A stretch of DNA of 64,000 bases, taken from assembly GCA_019310525.1 (NCBI GenBank), contig JAFDEE010000046.1:3452-67451 (forward strand), in the 5' to 3' direction. The DNA comes from Deltaproteobacteria bacterium (GTDB lineage: Bacteria; Desulfobacterota; DSM-4660; Desulfatiglandales; HGW-15). A program made the translations under genes and the position numbers. The notes under the pieces were generated by a model. The model had not been told where the DNA came from and did no database searches. It was given only the letters and a program-made list of their open reading frames with translations. Shown piece after piece: positions 1 to 8,803 of this stretch (its first letter is position 1; the number at the start of each line of letters is the position of its first letter).

Positions 1-10
1 TTACCGAGAC

Positions 11-883
11 GTGCCGCTTTATGAACAGGTGGAAGATACCCGCTTCGTGCTCTACAAACCACCAGGGATCACCTTGGGAGAGATGCGGATAAGCCAGGGC
101 AGGCACCCGGAAATTCTTTTCCTGAGACAGTCGGATCGGCTTGAAGGGATCCGTGAGGCCCAAACCGCCTTGAATGAGCAGTTGAGAAAGGATGCGAGGT
201 CCGGCAATCTCGTCAGGGTGAAGGAAACGATCGTGGAAATCGTGGATGAAACTCTCCGGGAACCAAGGAGCGGGAGCCTGGAGGGTATGGCCGATACGGT
301 GAACATTCTTGTCGACAGTTATTCGGAGCAGCCGGACGTCATCAGGCAATTGATCGATATGTCTTCAACGGACTATTCCACCGTGCTTCATTCCATCAAT
401 GTCATGGCTTTTTCATTGCTCTTCGCATTTTACAATGGATACAGCCGGAGCGAGGCCAAGTGGCTGGGCCTGAGCGGCCTGCTCCATGATGTGGGAAAGA
501 CTCGGATCAACAAAGAGATCCTTGTTGCTCCCCGCAGATTGACTTCCGAGGAATTCGAAGAGATGAAAAGGCACACGACGATAGGATATGAAATCCTCAA
601 AAGATGCCGGTTCGAAAATGAAGCCGTCAGCCTCTGCGCCCTTGAACACCACGAGAAACTGGATGGGAGCGGCTACCCTTTCGGGAAGAGCTCTATCTCA
701 GAAACGGCGCAGATTATCGGCATCATTGATTGTTATGAGGCCTTGACCAATAATGACCGCCCTTACAGGAATGCCATGGAGGCATTCGAGACCCTGGGAC
801 AGATCATTCGAAAAGACGTGGAAGCAGGTAAATGCAGCTCCCGGATATTTTCTCTTTTCGTGAAAAGCCTGAGCGGCAAGTAG
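11..883 (+). CDS. HD-GYP domain signalling phosphodiesterase (5' end may lie outside window)
   Basis: 290-aa ORF with HDVGK and HHEKLDGSGYP motifs typical of HD-GYP; frame stays open to the window edge, so GTG at 11 may not be the true start. Confidence 0.8.
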   Translation: MPLYEQVEDTRFVLYKPPGITLGEMRISQGRHPEILFLRQSDRLEGIREAQTALNEQLRKDARSGNLVRVKETIVEIVDETLREPRSGSLEGMADTVNILVDSYSEQPDVIRQLIDMSSTDYSTVLHSINVMAFSLLFAFYNGYSRSEAKWLGLSGLLHDVGKTRINKEILVAPRRLTSEEFEEMKRHTTIGYEILKRCRFENEAVSLCALEHHEKLDGSGYPFGKSSISETAQIIGIIDCYEALTNNDRPYRNAMEAFETLGQIIRKDVEAGKCSSRIFSLFVKSLSGK

Positions 884-1053
884 TCGGAAATTTCCGGAAA
901 AGAAGGATTCGAGGAAATAAAGAGGTTGCTATATTGCCATGAGACCTTGTAAAATGAATTTTTCCATTTCCCGGTAACGGCGGCCTCACGGTTTGCACGA
1001 GGGAAAGGGGGGCGTGCCGGATGGCGAAGATGGCCGGTGGGGAGGGACGATAC

Positions 1054-1291
1054 GAGACCTTTGAAAAATGTTCAATTTTGGTCAAGTTCAAGGAAGGCGA
1101 AAATTTCAACCGCAGGAATACATTTAGTATTTTGAGGATTGAAATTTGTCCGTGTTTCACTTGGACTCCCCACCCTTCGGGTGGGTCCCCGGTTTGAGCC
1201 TGACGCCGCAATTGGGCAAAAGGGGGCGTTTTTCAAAGGTCTCGATACCTTTAAGCCCCCTGAAAAACGTTCACTATTTTTCAAAGGTCTC
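1054..1291. mobile_element. MITE-like element, GAGACC-type inverted ends, plus an adjacent partial end
   Basis: Inverted termini gagacctttgaaaaa (1054) and tttttcaaaggtctc (to 1243), flanked by direct GATAC (1049-1053, 1244-1248); carries the shared hairpin core; a second right-end copy ends at 1291. Confidence 0.7.
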
Positions 1292-1692
1292 AGAGCACCG
1301 ATTCGGGTACGATGAATGTTTCCTGCTTTTCACCGGGCAGGAGACCCTCGGGTAGGGCAGTCAGCGCCTTTCCAGCCTACACGAATTCATCCTACCGCTT
1401 GGATTCATGGCAGGCCTGAATGGCCGGAACCAATCCGTTTACCATTCCAGGATAAAACATCATTAACCAGAGAAAACCGTAAAGGATTCTTCGGATTCAT
1501 TGCTTGATAAAAAGCGGGCCAATAGGGGGACGCTTCCCCCGCAAAGAGTTTGCCCGGATACGAGACCATGAGGATGGGGATCCGTGAAACCGGAGGATTC
1601 GTTTCAGGATTCTGAATCGGAGAGGGAGATCCGAGCTTGGTCCCTTTAGGGCCCCCTTTGTCCTCTCTCCAGTAAATCTAAAGGAGGATTCA

Positions 1693-1983
1693 ATGAATAT
1701 TTACATCGGCAGCCTGTCCTATGATTTGACGGAAAGCGAATTGAGGGAGGCCTTTGAGGCGTATGGGGCCGTTGATTCGGTCAATATCATCAAGGATAAG
1801 TACACGGGCAGGTCCAGGGGTTTCGGCTTTGTAGAGATGCCGAATGAGACGGAAGCGCGCTCGGCCATAGATGGCTTGAACGGGAAAGCATTGAAAGGCC
1901 GGACCATCAACGTGAACGAGGCCCGCCCTCGCCGGGATCGGTCGCACGGAGGAATGGGACGGAACAGGGGGCCCCGGTATTAA
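1693..1983 (+). CDS. RRM-type RNA-binding protein (glycine/arginine-rich tail)
   Basis: 96 aa; RNP motifs IYIGSL and RGFGFVEM; AAGGAGG RBS just upstream. Confidence 0.9.
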   Translation: MNIYIGSLSYDLTESELREAFEAYGAVDSVNIIKDKYTGRSRGFGFVEMPNETEARSAIDGLNGKALKGRTINVNEARPRRDRSHGGMGRNRGPRY

Positions 1984-2282
1984 AGTCCCATTCTGGGAAT
2001 GGGAGAAAAATCTGTGCCCTCAGTTGATAGTGATTTACTGCGGCTGAGGAGGGATCCTCTCCCTGTGGATTGAAGAAGGGCCTTGAGGAGAGGGAGCACT
2101 CTTCTTGGCGGGGATGGGCTCCCAGGGGACGAGGTTCCGGTCATCGCCGTTCTTTTCATGGGAAATGGGGTTCGCGCGAGGCAAAAGGGGGACCGGCCCG
2201 CCCTTGAGGGGTTTGGGCCGGGCATTCCCCTGGACTCAGGTGGCGGGAGGATGCGCCGCTAAAGTACGGCAAGGGGATAACC

Positions 2283-2546
2283 ATGGAAATCCTACTCGAT
2301 ATCAAAATTCAAAGAGATACGCGGAGCAGTATGATCGTAAAAGCCAGCGAGGAAGTGAGAAAAGCCCTTAACGGGATGACCCCTCCCCTTGACGGCGAAA
2401 GGGATATCGTCAGGCTGAAAAAGTATGCCGGCCACCAAGGTCATATAAAGCTCATCTATGAAGTTGTGCGGGACGCGCGCACGCCAAAGCGGGATCAGAC
2501 CCGATCGCCTTACCGGGAAAAGGGAATCGTCATGCAGGTCGACTAG
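2283..2546 (+). CDS. hypothetical small basic protein
   Basis: 87-aa ORF with AAGGGGA RBS-like sequence upstream; no family recognised. Confidence 0.4.
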   Translation: MEILLDIKIQRDTRSSMIVKASEEVRKALNGMTPPLDGERDIVRLKKYAGHQGHIKLIYEVVRDARTPKRDQTRSPYREKGIVMQVD

Positions 2547-2579
2547 ATCGGACGTTTTCAAAGATCTCAAAATATTGAA

Positions 2580-2606
2580 GCCGGGGGTGGATTTGTCCCC
2601 CCCGGC
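2580..2606 (-). terminator. GC-rich hairpin between convergent genes, likely terminator of the CpxP/ZraP-like gene
   Basis: gccggggg / cccccggc stem; on the minus strand followed by ttcaatatttt. Confidence 0.4.
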
Positions 2607-2630
2607 TATAACGGTTTACCGTATCAGAAT

Positions 2631-3152
2631 TCAGTTCCAGCTTCTGCCGGGCCCGTGCCCTCCCCACATCCGGCCCTGGCCGGGACCGAAATTCCACATA
2701 TGGTGACCACGGGCGCCCATGCCGTACCCTCCCCATCCGGGCCGGGCGTCAGGAGCGATCTTTCTGGCTTCCAGGGCGTATCGGATCCTGGCATCAGCCA
2801 GCTTGGCCCTCAACTCACTGATCTCCTTTTGAAGGGTCATGGCCTTGGACTCATCCGGTTCAGAGCCGTTCAGCAGGATGTTGAGTTCACCCCTCTTGGT
2901 CCAGAGTTGGTTCCTGATCTGAGCGGTTTCGTCATAGAATTTCCTGGAAAGGTCCTCCAGTTGTTTCCTCTGTTCATCCGTCAGATTGCCGTAAGCACCT
3001 GCATATCCGCCAAAGGCAGGACGATTGCCGGGGCCCCAGGCCTGGCTCATCATGCGCCCGCGGGCTCCCCAGCGGGGACCATCAGCCATGGCGGGAACAA
3101 CGATGATTGCGGCCAGTGCGAGAATCGCTGCTACGATGGCAAGTCTTTTCAT
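2631..3152 (-). CDS. periplasmic CpxP/Spy/ZraP-family (LTXXQ) stress protein
   Basis: 173 aa; signal peptide MKRLAIVAAILALAAIIVVPAMA; LTDEQ motif; Gly/His/Met-rich termini; divergent from a ZraSR-like two-component pair. Confidence 0.8.
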   Translation of the reverse strand: MKRLAIVAAILALAAIIVVPAMADGPRWGARGRMMSQAWGPGNRPAFGGYAGAYGNLTDEQRKQLEDLSRKFYDETAQIRNQLWTKRGELNILLNGSEPDESKAMTLQKEISELRAKLADARIRYALEARKIAPDARPGWGGYGMGARGHHMWNFGPGQGRMWGGHGPGRSWN

Positions 3153-3237
3153 TTTTCTTCCTCCTTAATTCTTGGTGTTTGTGAAACAATAGAGAAGGGT
3201 TGACGTTGATCCCTCCTGTTTTCGGTTTCATGAATGA

Positions 3238-3252
3238 GCAAGAGGTGTGCCA
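3238..3252 (-). promoter_or_regulatory. sigma-54 promoter (-24/-12) for the CpxP/ZraP-like gene
   Basis: Minus strand reads TGGCACacctcTTGCT, matching TGGCAC-N5-TTGCW, about 85 nt upstream of the start at 3152. Confidence 0.8.
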
Positions 3253-3353
3253 TCCTTTATGTTTGGGGGCATAACTCCCTTGATATACAGACAAAAATTG
3301 ATGCCAAGGCCCTGATTGCTGATCCTTTTGGTTGAAAGTAGGCAAAAAAACGC

Positions 3354-3401
3354 GGATACTAAGTATCCAGGTTGGATATTCGCTTGGGTAAAAAGTATCC
3401 A
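3354..3401. promoter_or_regulatory. candidate enhancer (UAS) for the sigma-54 activator
   Basis: Perfect GGATAC-N3-GTATCC palindrome (3354-3368) plus TGGATAT (3373-3379) / GTATCCA (3395-3401) inverted pair, midway between the two divergent sigma-54 promoters. Confidence 0.45.
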
Positions 3402-3475
3402 GGAGGGAAAGGGCCCTCTTCTTCATGAAAGTTGATGGAGCCGAGGAGGCTCTTTATCTCTATATGGACGGACTT

Positions 3476-3490
3476 TGGTACGTGCCTTGC
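3476..3490 (+). promoter_or_regulatory. sigma-54-type promoter for the sensor kinase/regulator operon
   Basis: TGGTACgtgccTTGC with GG and GC at correct -24/-12 spacing, about 78 nt upstream of 3568. Confidence 0.6.
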
Positions 3491-3567
3491 TTCTTCCTAA
3501 TAGCTAGTGCCCATCCATAAATGAAATCTGGAAACCAGCTGGTAGTAATCGTGAGTTGGGTTGAAAC

Positions 3568-5346
3568 ATGTTCAGGTCACTTAAAAAAATAGGTGTCGAT
3601 ATTCCCCCTTGGGTGATCCTGGCCTCGGTCTTGATCCTTGTCCCCATCTTTTTGTTCTGGACGATCCAGAATATCCATAAACAGAAGGAACAGATGGTCC
3701 TCCTGTTGCTGGAAAAGGGCGCGGCGCTGATTCGATCTTTTGAGGCGGGAACCCGGACCGGTATGATGGGTATGATGGGTATGCATGGCGGGAGATTCCA
3801 GCTCCAGAATCTCCTCATGGAGACAGCGCAGCAGCCGGATATCGTTCACCTGATCGTTACGGATTCCAGGGGGAGGATTCTTGCTCACAACGATCCCTCG
3901 AGAATCGGAGGCATTTACGGGGAGAAATTGGATCTGGAAGAAGTGGCACGATCCGATGATATACGTTACAGGCAGGTCGGGGATCGGCCGGGAGGTCGGG
4001 AGGTTTTCGAAGTTTTTCGGCGCTTTTCTCCCACTACCGTACTGATGGGGAGGCGAAACGGCCCAATGGGCGCCCCACGAAGGCATAACGTTCCTCCGGA
4101 CTTTCGGGAGCTTAAGGGAGAGTCGGACCGGATCATCTTCGTGGGCATGGACATGACTTCCCTGGAAGAGGCCAGGAGAGCGGACAATCGGCACACGATG
4201 ATCATGGCGGCCATACTTCTCCTGATCGGTTTTACGGGGATATTCATGGTATTCCTGGCCCAGGCCTACCGGACAACACGCACTTCCCTTACTCGAATCA
4301 AGGCCTTTTCAGACAACGTAGTGGAAAACATGCCCATCGGGCTGGTGGCTGTGGATGGGGAGGGAAAGATCGCCTCATTCAACCAGGCCGCCGAATCCCT
4401 CCTCAACGTTTCGGCCCGGGAGGTCCTGGGCAAGAAGGGCGAGGAGGTCCTGCCGGGGGCGCTATGGGGAATTACGAATGAGTTGAGGAAAAAACCAAGA
4501 ATCCTGGACGGGGAACTGGATTGTTCCCTTGGAGGGGACAGGGTCCTTCCCCTGGATGTGAGCGCCTCCGTTCTTAGAGGCCAGGATGGGGGTACGTGGG
4601 GGCATCTCATTCTTTTCAGGGATCTTTCGGAGGTGCGGGATCTCAAGCGGGAAATCGAGAGGAGCCGGCGCCTGGCTTCCCTCGGAAGATTGGCGGCTGG
4701 TGTGGCCCACGAGATCCGTAATCCGCTGAGTTCCATCAAGGGATTCGCCACTTATTTCAGGGACCGTTACAGGGAAAACCCGGAGGACCAGGCCACGGCG
4801 GACATCATGATCCAGGAGGTGGAACGGCTTAACCGTGTTATTACCCAATTGCTGGATTTCGCACGCCCTGTGACCCTCCAGAAACGGCGGATCTCGCTTC
4901 ATTCAGTGATTCAACATTCACTGAAAATGGTCGAGCAGCAGGCCGAGCACAAGGGGATTCGTATCGATGCAGAACTCTCTGCCCGCGTGAATGAGGCCTG
5001 GATGGACCCGGACAGGATCAACCAGGTCCTCCTGAACCTCTACCTCAACGCTATCGAGGCCATGGAAGGGGGGGGAACGCTTTCGGTGAAGGTCGGTCTG
5101 GATGAAGATGATCGGGTAACCATCGTGGTGTCGGATACGGGAGTGGGAATCAGGGAGGAAGACCTGGCCCATGTTTTCGATCCATATTTTACGACCCGGT
5201 CCTCCGGGACCGGATTGGGGCTTGCGATCGTTCATAAAATCATCGAGACCCACGGGGGAGAAGTGCGCGTTGAAAGCGAGAAGGGAAAGGGGACGAAGGT
5301 AACGGTTGTCCTTCCCACGGATACCCCACCCACACGGAAAGAGTGA
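3568..5346 (+). CDS. sensor histidine kinase (ZraS/HydH-like, periplasmic sensing domain)
   Basis: 592 aa; N-terminal TM and second TM near residue 210; H-box HEIRNPLSSIKGF; ATPase motifs DTGVGI and GTGLGLAIV. Confidence 0.9.
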   Translation: MFRSLKKIGVDIPPWVILASVLILVPIFLFWTIQNIHKQKEQMVLLLLEKGAALIRSFEAGTRTGMMGMMGMHGGRFQLQNLLMETAQQPDIVHLIVTDSRGRILAHNDPSRIGGIYGEKLDLEEVARSDDIRYRQVGDRPGGREVFEVFRRFSPTTVLMGRRNGPMGAPRRHNVPPDFRELKGESDRIIFVGMDMTSLEEARRADNRHTMIMAAILLLIGFTGIFMVFLAQAYRTTRTSLTRIKAFSDNVVENMPIGLVAVDGEGKIASFNQAAESLLNVSAREVLGKKGEEVLPGALWGITNELRKKPRILDGELDCSLGGDRVLPLDVSASVLRGQDGGTWGHLILFRDLSEVRDLKREIERSRRLASLGRLAAGVAHEIRNPLSSIKGFATYFRDRYRENPEDQATADIMIQEVERLNRVITQLLDFARPVTLQKRRISLHSVIQHSLKMVEQQAEHKGIRIDAELSARVNEAWMDPDRINQVLLNLYLNAIEAMEGGGTLSVKVGLDEDDRVTIVVSDTGVGIREEDLAHVFDPYFTTRSSGTGLGLAIVHKIIETHGGEVRVESEKGKGTKVTVVLPTDTPPTRKE

Positions 5347-5426
5347 TCTGGGGGAGAAGGGGGCCTGGTTCCGGTAGAGACCAGACCATCCGGCTCAATA
5401 CGGCTATACAGATCAAGGCAGGAGCA

Positions 5427-6794
5427 ATGGACAAGAAAAGCACCATTCTGATCGTTGATGACGACGCGGCCCACCGGACTATGCTCAGGACCCTCCTGGG
5501 CGGATGGGGCTACGAGATCCTGGAGGCGGAAGACGGCGATAGGGCCGTTGAGATGGCCCGCCGACAGGCCTTCGACCTGATCCTGATGGACATCCGGATG
5601 GTCAGGGTTTCAGGCCTTGAGGCCCTTCGGGAGATCAAGGCTTATAACCCGGCCATCCCCGTGATCATTATGACCGCTTACTCCTCCGTGGAGACCGCCC
5701 TTGAGGCCCTGAAAAACGGTGCTTATGATTATCTCACCAAGCCCCTGGATTTCGACGAGCTTCGCATGGCCATGGAACGGGCCATGGATCACACCCACCT
5801 GAAGGAGGAAAACAGGCTTCTCAGGGAGCGGCTGGGGAATTCCCTTGATCGCAGGAACATCATCGGTCGGAGTCCGGCGATGGTGCGTCTTTTGGAGACG
5901 GTGGCCCAGGTGGCGCCCACAGAGGCCACTGTGTTGATCACAGGGGAGTCGGGAACGGGGAAGGAGGTTATCGCAGGCGCCGTCCATTACAACAGCCTCC
6001 GGAAGGAAGGCCCTTTCGTCAAGGTCAATTGCGCGGCCATCACCGAAACCCTGCTGGAATCCGAACTCTTCGGGCATGAAAGGGGTGCATTTACCGGGGC
6101 TCACCGCAGGAAAGAGGGCCGCTTCGTCCAGGCCGACGGCGGCACTCTGTTCCTGGACGAGATCAGCGAAATGTCCTTGGCCATGCAGGCGAAACTCCTG
6201 AGGGTCCTTCAGGACATGGAGATCACGCGCGTGGGGGGCGAGGAGGTTTTGAAGGTGGATGTGAGGATCATCGCGGCCACCAACAAGGATCTCCTCCGGG
6301 AGATCCAGGAGGGGCGGTTCCGGGAGGATCTTTACTACCGGTTAAACGTGGTGACCTTGTACCTGCCCCCCCTACGGGAAAGACGGGAGGATATTCCCCT
6401 CCTGGCCCAGCATTTCCTGGATGTTTTTTCAAGGAAGAACCAAAAGGTGATCAAGGGATTCACTCCCCAGGCCATGGACCGGCTCATCAAGTACGATTGG
6501 CCTGGAAACGTGAGGGAGCTCATGAACGCTGTGGAAAGGGGGGTGATCCTTGGAAGGGACGAATACCTCGGAGTGGAGGATTTTCCCCTGATTCCCAGGG
6601 ATCCCCCGGCGGAGAACGGCCCTGAGGGAAGGGAGGAAATTCCGGCAGATCTGCCCCTGGAGGAGGTGGAGAAGGCAACGATCCTGAAAACCCTTGAACT
6701 CACCGGGGGAAACAAGAGCGAGGCCGCGAGGCGGCTGGGGATCACCCGGAAAACCCTGCATAAGAAACTCAAGAAATACGGTGTGATGAATTGA
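5427..6794 (+). CDS. sigma-54-dependent response regulator (NtrC/ZraR family)
   Basis: Start moved to MDKKSTILIVDD (AGGAG RBS); REC domain, AAA+ GESGTGKE, GAFTGA motif, C-terminal Fis-type HTH. Confidence 0.9.
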   Translation: MDKKSTILIVDDDAAHRTMLRTLLGGWGYEILEAEDGDRAVEMARRQAFDLILMDIRMVRVSGLEALREIKAYNPAIPVIIMTAYSSVETALEALKNGAYDYLTKPLDFDELRMAMERAMDHTHLKEENRLLRERLGNSLDRRNIIGRSPAMVRLLETVAQVAPTEATVLITGESGTGKEVIAGAVHYNSLRKEGPFVKVNCAAITETLLESELFGHERGAFTGAHRRKEGRFVQADGGTLFLDEISEMSLAMQAKLLRVLQDMEITRVGGEEVLKVDVRIIAATNKDLLREIQEGRFREDLYYRLNVVTLYLPPLRERREDIPLLAQHFLDVFSRKNQKVIKGFTPQAMDRLIKYDWPGNVRELMNAVERGVILGRDEYLGVEDFPLIPRDPPAENGPEGREEIPADLPLEEVEKATILKTLELTGGNKSEAARRLGITRKTLHKKLKKYGVMN

Positions 6795-6844
6795 GGGTTC
6801 AAGGACAGGAGTCACTTGGAGCCCTGTTTCAGCCTGAATGTGAG

Positions 6845-6871
6845 CCCGCCTTCTGCAGGCAGGGGTTTTTT
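6845..6871 (+). terminator. intrinsic terminator after the response regulator
   Basis: cccgcc...ggcaggg stem followed by TTTTTT. Confidence 0.5.
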
Positions 6872-6925
6872 CTCCCATTCCCCCGAAAGGGGGCACAAAA
6901 TTTAAAGAAACCAAGGAGGTGTTGA

Positions 6926-7483
6926 ATGAGGACGATCCGGGTCAAGGAGTTGATGGTTCCCCTATCGGAGTACGCAACGGTTTCCGAGGACGCCAACCTG
7001 TACGAGGCGGTCATGGCCCTGGAGAAGGCCCAGGCGGAATTCGACCAGAGCCGGTACCGGCACCGGGCGGTGCTGGTGTATGACAAGGAGGGCAAGATCG
7101 TAGGAAAGCTGAGCCAGCATGATATCATCAGGGCCCTCGAACCCCGGTATGGGGAAATTGCGGAAGCCAAGAGTATCCCAAGGTGGGGTGGCTTTTCGAA
7201 AAGCTTTATCAAATCCATGGTGGAACATTACAAACTCTGGGATAAACCCCTGAACGACATCTGCCGGAAGGCCGTGGAACTGAAGGTGAAAGACATCATG
7301 TACACCCCAACGGAAGGGGAATTTGTGGATCAAGATGCTACCCTCAACGAGGCCCTGCACCAGTTGATCATGGGACATCACCAGTCACTGCTGGTCACCA
7401 AGGGTCGGGATATCGTGGGTATCCTCAGGCTGACGGATGTGTTCAAAGAGGTGTGTGACGCGATCAAGACCTGTGACCTCTAA
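6926..7483 (+). CDS. CBS domain pair protein
   Basis: 185 aa with two CBS-like repeats; strong RBS AAGGAGG. Confidence 0.75.
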   Translation: MRTIRVKELMVPLSEYATVSEDANLYEAVMALEKAQAEFDQSRYRHRAVLVYDKEGKIVGKLSQHDIIRALEPRYGEIAEAKSIPRWGGFSKSFIKSMVEHYKLWDKPLNDICRKAVELKVKDIMYTPTEGEFVDQDATLNEALHQLIMGHHQSLLVTKGRDIVGILRLTDVFKEVCDAIKTCDL

Positions 7484-7518
7484 GGCTTAGGATCCTCTAA
7501 TCTTTGATAAATATAAAC

Positions 7519-7566
7519 GGGTGGAAAACCGATCCCCTTAAGTTCGGTTTTCCACCCGTTTTTTTT
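7519..7566 (+). terminator. intrinsic terminator after the CBS gene
   Basis: 14-bp perfect stem gggtggaaaaccga / tcggttttccaccc followed by a T run. Confidence 0.85.
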
Positions 7567-7981
7567 AAACCCGGATTATGCAATTGCCAAGTTTGCCGAA
7601 GAGCAAGGCGTAAGGCGCTCGAAGTACTGAAAGTACGTCTTCGCACCTTACAACGCAGCAGATTCGGCAAAATCGGCAATCCCGAAGGGTGACGAATTTT
7701 GAATGAATTTGATGTTTCCTTACTGCCCCTTTTGGGTGAATGTAATCTGACCCGGAAAGATGTCCAACAACCTACAATCATTAAACAAATGACTTCTTTC
7801 AAAATTTGTCATGCATAATTTGGGTTAAACCTTACCCAATGATAATCTTCGGGTCATGTTGGGGTTAGTTTCCTGGGCTATTGATTTCTCCATGAAAGGC
7901 TGTCCAGTGGGAGAGGCCCCCAGTGAATGGGTGCAGGCGAGTGGGGAAATGATGCGGGAAGGAAGCCCTGGTCCGGGAAAA

Positions 7982-8803
7982 ATGATGGATTTTCATTCCG
8001 TTTCCATCGTTATCCCCGTATTCAACGAGGATGAAAACCTCCAGGAGCTCATCAGGCGATGCCTGGATGCATGTAATGAAATAGGGAAGCCCTTTGAGAT
8101 CATCCTGGTGGACGACGGAAGCACGGATGGGTCCCCGGAGATTATCACCGAGGCGGCACAGAGTTCCGGGGGAAAAGTCCTGGGTATATTCCTGAACAGG
8201 AATTACGGCCAGCACGCGGCGGTCATGGCCGGTTTTGAACAGTCCAGGGGCGATATCGTGGTGACCCTGGATGCGGACCTTCAGAATCCCCCGGAGGAGA
8301 TCCCCAGGCTCGTTGCCAAGATCGAAGAGGGGTTTGACGTGGTAGGCAGTGTCCGTGTCCCCAGGCAGGATCCCCTGTTCCGCAGGATGGCATCCTGTGT
8401 GATCAACAAGGTGGTTCAAAAATCCACGGGCGTGATGATGCATGACTATGGATGCATGCTGAGGGCTTACAGTCGCCCTATCGTGGACGCCATGCTTATG
8501 TGTCACGAGCGGGGCACCTTTATCCCCGTCCTGGCCAACTGTTTCGCCCGGAACACCACGGAAATCGAGGTCCGTCACGAAAACAGGAGCAGGGGGGAGT
8601 CCAAATATGATCTGTGGAAACTCATCAATCTTCAGTTCGACCTGCTCACCAGCATGACGACTTTCCCCCTTCGACTCTTGAGTGTAATCGGGGGAGGCAT
8701 CTCGGCCGTTGGCATAGGATTCGGAGGATTCCTTCTCCTCATGAGAATCATCCACGGAAAGGATCGAAAGCATCAAGCCTTGGTACCCGAATTTCAACTG
8801 TAA
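7982..8803 (+). CDS. arnC: family-2 glycosyltransferase, ArnC-like undecaprenyl-phosphate aminoarabinose transferase, 3'-truncated by a repeat
   Basis: Collinear with E. coli ArnC as recalled (VIPVFNE, LNRNYGQH, TLDADLQNPPEEIPRLVAK); start moved to MMDFHS; reading frame leaves ArnC similarity at 8761 where the composite repeat begins. Confidence 0.75.
   Translation: MMDFHSVSIVIPVFNEDENLQELIRRCLDACNEIGKPFEIILVDDGSTDGSPEIITEAAQSSGGKVLGIFLNRNYGQHAAVMAGFEQSRGDIVVTLDADLQNPPEEIPRLVAKIEEGFDVVGSVRVPRQDPLFRRMASCVINKVVQKSTGVMMHDYGCMLRAYSRPIVDAMLMCHERGTFIPVLANCFARNTTEIEVRHENRSRGESKYDLWKLINLQFDLLTSMTTFPLRLLSVIGGGISAVGIGFGGFLLLMRIIHGKDRKHQALVPEFQL

Noticed and set aside
1088-1208. Shared AT-rich hairpin core as a CRISPR repeat or tracrRNA-like sequence
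   Set aside because: Copies are dispersed singly in both orientations inside MITEs. There is no repeat-spacer periodicity and no cas genes in the window.
1146-1507. Short ORFs (69 and 63 aa) inside and next to the MITE at 1054-1291; similar ORFs lie within the repeat blocks at 8614-8826, 38473-39069 and 30056-30325
   Set aside because: They are encoded by repeat DNA present in both orientations. Frames are not conserved between copies.
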